Positions 55,576 through 64,000 of a stretch of DNA of 64,000 nucleotides are shown in pieces. This DNA comes from Eledone cirrhosa. Its lineage: Eukaryota. The position numbers were made by a program, and so were the translations under genes. How positions within the stretch are numbered: the first letter of the stretch is position 1; each line of letters starts with the position of its first letter. The notes under the pieces were generated by a model. That model saw only the letters and a program-made list of their open reading frames with translations. It was not told the DNA's origin and searched no databases. The DNA lies in assembly GCA_964016885.1 (NCBI GenBank), contig OZ024741.1, forward strand, positions 29,202,001 to 29,266,000, written 5' to 3'.

Positions 55576-55916
55576 TATATATATATGCACACACACACAC
55601 ACATACACACGCGCGCGCACGCACGCACCCACCCACACACACACACACGCACACACATATATATATATATATATATCGACTATTTCGATGAGGGAAAAAT
55701 AAATAAATCAGTTATGTTATCATAACCGTAGGTCTTTTACGTATTATAATATCTACACTCTATTTTCTTTAAAGTATGGAGTACTAAGTTGAATAATGGT
55801 CCCACCTATCTCATTTTATTTATATATATATTAGGATTGGTGCTCTGAAATAGCGATGTATACATGAATGTAAGCATAGTATATTTGACAATATACCGTA
55901 TGTTTAATTAAAAACA

Positions 55917-55952
<36 letters not shown>

Positions 55953-55956
<4 letters not shown>

Positions 55957-56780
55957 ACAGAGCAATCAAATCTATGTTTAATACATTTTATTGCTGACAA
56001 TCTTTTCTTCCAAACTGACGTTTGGAATCATCGGAGCATTGGCAAAGTTTAAACACATAATTAAATTCCTATTCAATCATAAAGATACGTTGATATTATT
56101 GTTGCTATCAATAGTGTCATATTCAAAGAGTGAAGATGTTGTGGTGTGTAGGAGTATAAACGAAGGCTATTCGCAAATGAGGACATTAGTGGTACATAGG
56201 CATATAGACAGTAAACATGCAGAGGTATTAAGTATATACAGAATAATATGGTAAAGAAAGCAAAGGTATTAATCATATACAGCATAATATGGCAAAGATA
56301 TCACAAAATATATGTGTAATAAACTCACATAGAAACTGTTTTAAATATAATTATCTCGCTACATATACATATCTGAATACTACATAACATTTTTTGTACT
56401 ACACAAAAGCTTTACTTCTGCTTGGATTGTTTATTTAATTATTTATCTGAGCCACTCTTAACGCATGAATCAACGAAACTTTGTATATGTATATTACACA
56501 AACTGCTTCACAAGTTTCACCTTATATTCCTGACTGCTTAATATCTTCATCCTATTACACCTATATTTTGTGATATCTTTGCCATATTATCTTCACTCTT
56601 TGAATATGAAAATATTGATAGCAACAATAATATCAACGTATATTTCTGATTGTTCTGTAGAATAGGAATTTAATTATGTGTTTAAACTTTGCCAATGTTC
56701 CGATGAAATCGAACGGCTGTTTGGAAGAAACGATTGTCAGCAATAAAATGTATTAAACATAGATTTGATTGTTCTGTTCT
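55953..56780. mobile_element. Fold-back family M, U4C HHRs at 55992-56038 (-) and 56696-56742 (+)
   Basis: Reverse complement: tgct CCGATGA ttccaaac-gtca-gtttggaa GAAA agattg TC agca. Confidence 0.8.
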
Positions 56781-56913
56781 CTATATTCCTGCTCTATAAT
56801 ACATCTAATGTATTTACATAGAGCTATTTTTCATACTGGTAAAAAGGTGGTAAAACATTAAAAAATACTGACCATTCCTATTTATAATTATATAGTTTAT
56901 ATATAAGTATAAA

Positions 56914-57009
<96 letters not shown>

Positions 57010-57012
<3 letters not shown>

Positions 57013-58743
57013 AAAAAGTATGACCCCGACGGCAGAGCTCAAGCCGTTTCGACGGCTATTTCTGGACTAAATTAGAATTTTTAGCCTGGTGAATAAATAG
57101 CCGAACTTGTCAAGGGGGTACTTCCTTATATGGGAAGATTGTAGTTGTCAAGAGGATTGGTTAAAATTTGTTGTAAACACAAATAAGTCTATCATCGCAT
57201 TTGGTGGGAGGTAGGGGTGGCTGAACTTGCCTGTAGAACAATAGGGGAGTGAGTGGAGCGGTCAAGCGTTGAAGGTGATATGTATACAGCAGATTCTAAG
57301 GATAAAGTATGAAGTGGAGGAGGAGGTTATAGAATAGGTAAACCGAATGAGAGTAGGAGACAATAAAAGATAATAGAAAGAAAAAAAAAAATAAAATTAG
57401 ATAGTGAAAAATGAATTAAAAAAATAAAAAATCACAATGCTATCTTACAATTACAGGTTAATAAGTTGAGAATAGAAAAAACTTGTAGAATGAGTAGTAA
57501 CAAAACTGAAACAAAATTAAAGGGGTTTTAACACATCTGCTATAAGTAGTTAGTAAAACGTAATCGGCCAATTCTACCTTAAAATTACAGGGGTGGGGGA
57601 ACTGATGCTACAGAGGCCCGATGGGCTGCATCAGGGGTAGGCGAAAGGGGAAAAAGCAGACGAGGAGGAAAATAGGGGGGGAAGGAAGTGATAGGATGAG
57701 ACCGGGGGAAGAAGAAGACAAAGAGGAAAAGGAAAGAGATACATCTACCTATGTAAGCTGGGGTTTCCTCTAACCTTTTTGGCAAGTGGGGGGTTATCAA
57801 CCTTTGTCTACCTACCCGGGTCGTTATGGGGTTTAAGGGCGAGGTAAGTCCTACGCAATCTGTGTTTGCATGCAGTTACCAGTTCGTCTTTCTTCTCTAG
57901 GAGTCGGTCCTTCGAAAGAGTTAGCTCTGGACAGTAAGCTCCAAGTGAGATTGTAGGTTATATTATTATCTTGGAGGTGCCAGATGTGGCCCGAAAGTGT
58001 AGTGGCATGTCGCCGGACGGGGTTTCGGAAAGTATGTCGTTGTTGGTAGAGCCAGGTCTTGAAGTCACACGCGGTTAATCCTATATAAGCTTTGTTGGAA
58101 GTGTCCGTCCTCACGTTGCACTGGTAGATCACGTTACGTTCTCGGCATTTGTTGTTGAGTGGGTACGTAGATCTATCAGGGCAGTTACACCTCCTAGTCG
58201 GATCTCCACTGATGTCTAGGTTATTTCTTCCATAGAGGTTGAGTTTTTTGTTGTTTGTGGAGACAATGTTTTGTGCGAAGTTAGGTGTGGTGCTGTAGGA
58301 GAGTTTGATGGTGTTTTTGTTGATTATGTTGTGGTAGCGGTGTTGTAGTGGGAAGTGTTTTTCGAGGAGTCTAAAGAAGATTTTCCCGATAGGTGTTGCC
58401 ACCTCGGCATTATGGGGAGGGTTGAACCACGTTACGTTGCGTGAGCGGCGGTGTAGCCTGCTGGATCCGCTAAGGGAAGCTGGATAATAGGATATTTCCT
58501 CCCCAAATTTTAACCAATCCTCTTGACAACTACAATCTTCCCATATAAGGAAGTACCCCCTTAACAAGTTCGGCTATTTATTCACCAGGCTAAAAATTCT
58601 AATTTAGTCCAGAAATAGCCGTCGAAACGGCTTGAGCTCTGCCGTCGGGTCATACTTTTTCCTATTTCCCACTCTACTACCCTAAGTATTGAGTACTCTT
58701 GTGAGTTATGGTCTATCTGGTCCCTTACCATAGTTCCTTTGTT
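57010..58743. mobile_element. PLE family B' : minus arm with GIY-YIG 3' end (57010-58502) plus inverted pLTR (58505-58743)
   Basis: ORF RSRNVTWFNPP..CNCPDR..YIGLTACDFK; HHRs at 57023-57119 (-, TTGACAA) and 58555-58650 (+, G5 mutated). Confidence 0.9.
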
Positions 58744-58908
58744 ATATATATATATATATATAAGTAGTAACCATGACCAGTCCGAGCTGAAGATCCGCTA
58801 AGGTGAAATAATTGTTCTCAGTATGGTGAACTAACTGTTGTGTTAATACTTCTACCAAATTCGTCCCATGGACTGAGTGCTCTACTACTACGGATATCAC
58901 GCTCCAGT

Positions 58909-59008
<100 letters not shown>

Positions 59009-59401
59009 AGAACACGTATAGATGTTTAAAACCAAATTTAATATTTTCAAATTTTGCAAAGAATAAAATTGAATAAAATTGAATAAAAAAGAAAAATTTC
59101 CGAATTAACTTGAATATATTTGAATTTCCCTGCAGACACACTTGCATATTGCAAAATTGTAGAATTTAACTAAATTCCCCACTAACGTACCTAAAATCCC
59201 CATCTTTATCAGATATATCGACACAGCTGAGAGTTGCTTTTCTTTTAATATGATTCTTATCTTCATGTTTCCTACAGAACAAAAAATATTTCAAGTACGT
59301 TTCATTTTAATATTTTTTTCCTACACAGATGGTTCTTTTGGTTTCCAATATTCTGAGAGTCTTGTCCCTCCAATATCTTAATCTTATCGTCTCCCCTCTC
59401 A

Positions 59402-59468
59402 TGTCTTCTTCTTCTTCTTCTTCTTCTTCTTCTTCTTCTTCTTCTTCTTCTTCTTCTTCTTCTTCTTT
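59402..59468. repeat. (TCT)n microsatellite
   Basis: Direct inspection. Confidence 0.9.
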
Positions 59469-60419
59469 TCACTACTATATTGCATGCCGACACGTAAGCT
59501 ATGCACATTCGTTGCTGTGAGATTTTTTTGTGCTAATTTTGCGGATTTTCTCCTTGTTTCAGAGATTTTCCTATTGTTTGAAGATTCTATTCATGCAAAA
59601 GAGACAAACATCTGAACGTCGGTGCGTTTTCCATTTTTGCAACGGCAACCCTTCCGGGGGAGCCAACTGTTGTTGTTTTTGGCGTTGGTTTTATTGTTAT
59701 TGTTGATATTATTATTGCTGATGATGAAGTTATTGTTAAACTTGTTAAACTTTTGTTTCATGAATGATGTCTACTTTTGTCAAAGTGACTCACTCTCCCC
59801 TCCATCTCTTTATTTCACCAACATTTATTCTAACAAAATTTATTCTACTAACTCGGGTTCACAAAACTTTGATCGGCAAGAACGACAAATCCGTATGATA
59901 AAATCTTTACTTTCGGACAGATATATATGGCGTTGTTCCTTCGTCGCCACGTATGTTATATTGGTGTGGTCTGTTGCTGACCATTGTCCGTGGAAATACC
60001 TTTGAAGCCGAAACACCGCCTCGACCTGGACGTAGGACCTGTCACCCTCTCCCTTTCATCTTCCTCTCTTCCGTGGCCTAATGTCCTTGCTCTTTCCCAC
60101 CTTTTCTTCACATCTATGGTATTTATAGTCCTTTCCTTTACTTTCCTATACAACCAGATCTGCCATTCTTTACCCCTTCTCCCTTTCTTTCGTTATGTAT
60201 ATAATCAATTATGAAATCTTAATAAATAATATAAAAAATAAAAGAAATAATAATTTGAAAGAAATATTAAAACATAAATTAATTAAGAAAAATAGACGGT
60301 TGCTTCTGACAGGATCCGCTGGAAGGAGTGTTTGAAGACCCTGCCCCCACGACCCTCTCAGGAATAAATGGGTGAAGAAGAAGAAGAAGGAGAAGAAGAA
60401 GAGACAATATGTAAAGCAG

Positions 60420-62280
60420 TGAACACTGTATTATATCTTTACAAACAAGAATTGCCATTGCGTGGGTTTGATGACGGAAAATGTAGACACAGGAAAGGTA
60501 ATTAACGCGAGTTATTACATTGATTTGTTGAAATATAACGCGTCTCTGGTCAAGATATTCTACCAAAGAAGAATCAAAATATTTTCAGGAGTTCCAAATA
60601 CAATACAAAATGACATTATATCCCCAATTAATGATGAAGAGCTTATATAATGCAAACTGAAGTTGAAAGTGTTCCGTGCACATCAATGAGATCAGATAAA
60701 ACTACTGACTGCGCAGCTCTTTATTATCGTACAGTAACTGGATGCAAAATAAATGAAAGAGTTTTAGGATTTTATAACTTAAGTAATAATAAAAATGTAT
60801 CGAGCTTAGCTAATGCGATAGGAAATATCTTAAACTCTTTTAGTAATGCTAAAACTAAATTTGTTAGTGAGAGAGTGAGACACACGATGGAGAAGATGTA
60901 ATGATGAGTGAACTAAACGAAGTACAAACAAAATTAAAAAGTAAAAAAGGGTATGAATACACCAAATACATTGTTATGCCCGGAAACGTAACTTACTTTT
61001 GAGTAGAAGTGCTGGTAAAGTTAATGGAGTTAAAATATATTTTTTCGCAATTACGCAACTTTAGTAAATTTACATCTTCGAGTACAAAGCGGAAAATTGG
61101 TTTTAGAGCTTTTAATATCAGCATTCCCTCACTGTGTGACACAAAGTGGTGCTATTGAACTAGACGTCGATCAGTCATAAAAGAGATGCACGGAATCTTT
61201 AAAAATACATTACAATAGTTCAAACAATAATGGAAAGTGGGATGAAGATACACTAAGTGTTAACATTGAATAAGTTCGTTCATGCTTAGAAATTATTTGC
61301 TATTTTGCTACGTTGGTAGATTAACTTAAAGCACACCCAGGATAAAATATATGACTTAAAAAAAATACATTTAAATCAGTTGTAACAATGAACATTATGA
61401 AAACGTTGTCCCAGAAACAATGGCAGGCATATAACGATTGAATAATTCATGGCACGTCCACATATAAACTATACTGGTAGAGAGAGATTGAACTTTAAAG
61501 TGATACGATATACACTCAAGAGGGTTTGAGACCTTTATCAGAGAGATTTTATTCAACTCAGATCAACACAAAACTCTAGTTGGATCCTCCAACTTTTTCA
61601 TATAGTATAATTCTTTATATTTCGAATAATTTGATATGAAGAAGATTGAAGTGTTTGTCTATACAAAGTCTATACAATATGTAGATACATTCTAGCACAA
61701 TTATTCAAATATGTTTGGTCGTAAATGAGTTTAGATATATGTATAATCACAATGATTCAAAAAGTGTAAGTCAAACAATATCGTTTTAGGGTTATTTCAT
61801 GAATTGGTTATTTCGTCTGCTATGTCTCCAACTTTTATATTAATTTACTTTGCTGTCCAACACAGCAACGTCAGTTGCTGATGAAGGAAGCTTTTTAATT
61901 TTGGACAATGACTCAAAATCTCCAGATAGAGTCACTTTTCTCCGAATTGAGCTCCGATACTATGGCAATAGCTCCGATACTATGGGCATGTGGTTAGAAT
62001 GTCTTAGGAAAGAATCGCTGGACAGATTTTATGATCAAAACCAACCGACAATTGACTGAGGGATAGACCCCGAGTAAGATGGTTGTATAACATCCATGAG
62101 CTTGACTGGTCACGCTTGGGAAAGAAGAAGAAGAAGAAGAAGAAGAAGAAGAAGAAGAAGAAGAAGAAGAAGAAGAAGAAGAAACATCGACTTATCGATT
62201 TGAAGCGACAAATATATTTACTCAACAATTTATTAGAGGAATTAATCCTAAAACAAAGGCGCTTGAATTTCTTTCATTCA
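60420..62280 (+). pseudogene. Decayed hAT-superfamily (ZMYM1-like) transposase, interrupted by an RTE 3' fragment at about 61980-62182
   Basis: Broken frames read FSGVPNTIQNDII, SDKTTD, ERVLGF, HDGEDVM..LNEVQTKLK, HCYARKRNL, LCDTKW and terminal KQRRLNF. Confidence 0.68.
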
Positions 62281-62385
62281 ACTAAAGTGTTCATATATTT
62301 TTAAAATGTGTATTTTTACATTTTATTGTGGTATTACAGTCTCCGGTCCATGTAAAGGAAAGCCTTTCAAATGATATTATTATAG

Positions 62386-62764
62386 GATTGACAGTATCAG
62401 TAGAGGGTCGGACGCCATGCTTTGTAGCATAGAGTTACGGCCCTTTATGATCTGAGTTCAAATCCAGCCGAGGTTAACTTTGCCTTTTATCCTTACGGGT
62501 GTCGATAAAATAAAGTACCAGTGATACACTGGAATAATTGCTGGCCTTGTGCCAAAAGTAGAAACAATTATTATAGGAATGCATGGATTGCCAGTATCGG
62601 TAGAGGGTCAGACACCATGCTTTCCAGCATAGTTACGTCCCTTTACGATCTGAGTTCAAATCCCGCCGAGGTTGACTTTGCCTTTCATCCTTACGAGGTC
62701 GATAAAATAAAGTACCAGTAATGCACTGGGATAATTGATGGCCTTGTGCCAAAAGTAGAAACAA
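62386..62764 (+). mobile_element. Tandem SINE pair (62386-62565, 62585-62764)
   Basis: TSD attattatagga around the first copy. Confidence 0.87.
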
Positions 62765-63637
62765 TTATAAATTAAAGAAGTCTCGTGTCTTTTCTACTAG
62801 TCCAAGTTTGCTTCCTCTTTGGGGTCTTGGAATATGCAATCTTTGTGCGTCCAGCCCACACCTCAGAGTACAGGACGCAGGCCCATCGCCAGTACTATTC
62901 CCCACCACATTAAAAAAATAAGACGACTTATATCTATTAATATATCTATCTATATATTTTATACTAGTCCCCACAACATTAAAAATATATAGATATAATT
63001 CGCCCTATTTTTGTTTATTAAACAAATATGAATAATCTATGGGTCGTGTGTGATATCTAATATATTATAAATAACTATATTATACGCAGGATATCATTTA
63101 CTCAAACTGTCTTTTTTTGTACTTAAATATAAAAGAGCACGTAAAAATGGGGCCAGGTATGTTATTAATCTCATGAGCAGAATTCTACTGATAAAGGGGG
63201 TGAATTAAATTGGTCGGTGTACAATGAGCAGTCCTCTAGTAATCGTGGTGAGCCTACACACATAAACATTTCTTCAAGTGTAGTTAGATGAGATTGCATT
63301 ATGATACTGAAATGCGTCTCTTGAATATTGTACAGTAAATGATTATTTAAGTAGATATTAACAAAAACATAAGCTCGAGTAGCATGCATACACAAAACAG
63401 AGACATACACACATGTACCCCCCCACACACACACACACATATATATACATATATATAAACACATAATATATACATATACTTATGTATATATATATATGTA
63501 TATATATATATATGTGTGTATATATGTGTGTGTGTATACATACATGTATATATATATATATATATGCATATAATTGTGGATGTATATTTAGGTATGCATA
63601 CACACATTCACCTCCATACACACACACGTATACACAT

Positions 63638-63668
<31 letters not shown>

Positions 63669-63909
63669 CATACTTATGAAGATTTTATTTTTATGCAAGC
63701 TAAATACTTCTCGAAAGATCTATCGCTTCATCTTTATCATCCATGGCAATAGTGAAAATGAAAAAAGAAGATAAAAACTCAAATATATAGACGTTCGATG
63801 TAATGTGTTCGTGCACGTTTAAAAGGTGGGATGACTAAAACATATATAACATCAGGGAAGGAGCTTTATTTTAAAATCAAAATCATGGAAAATAGTTGGC
63901 GTTATAAAA

Positions 63910-64000
63910 TCCGGTACAGAGTTGGCTAACCGTAGGTGTGAGCCCTGTGAGCTGGAATGGCTCTTCCAGCGGGTCTTCCTCACCATCTTCTGGGGAAACG
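63910..64000 (+). mobile_element. CRE-clade C-terminal fragment (runs off the window)
   Basis: Translates LANRRCEPCELEWLFQRVFLTIFWGN; homologous to 52713-52830. Confidence 0.6.

Overview
AT-rich, repeat-saturated eukaryotic DNA, most likely from an octopod cephalopod (inferred from the octopus-type tRNA/Nin-domain SINEs and the (TA)n/(TACA)n microsatellite load). No intact host gene is evident, and most short ORFs are microsatellite artefacts. Recognisable elements: several Penelope-like elements (PLEs; RT plus C-terminal GIY-YIG), an R4/Dong-type and an RTE-type LINE, CRE fragments, a non-autonomous Helitron, a decayed hAT transposase and about 13 SINE copies. The main signal is a dense set of roughly 18 distinct, mostly non-coding families lodged in (TA)n tracts. 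Most are fold-backs with both 3' ends pointing outward, and nearly all carry a type I hammerhead ribozyme (HHR). I counted about 35-40 HHR motifs by eye, including U3:A8 and U4C core variants. At least one family is a circularly permuted tandem of a 523-bp monomer, resembling a retrozyme with a circular RNA template. All calls were made by eye, so coordinates are approximate to a few bp.
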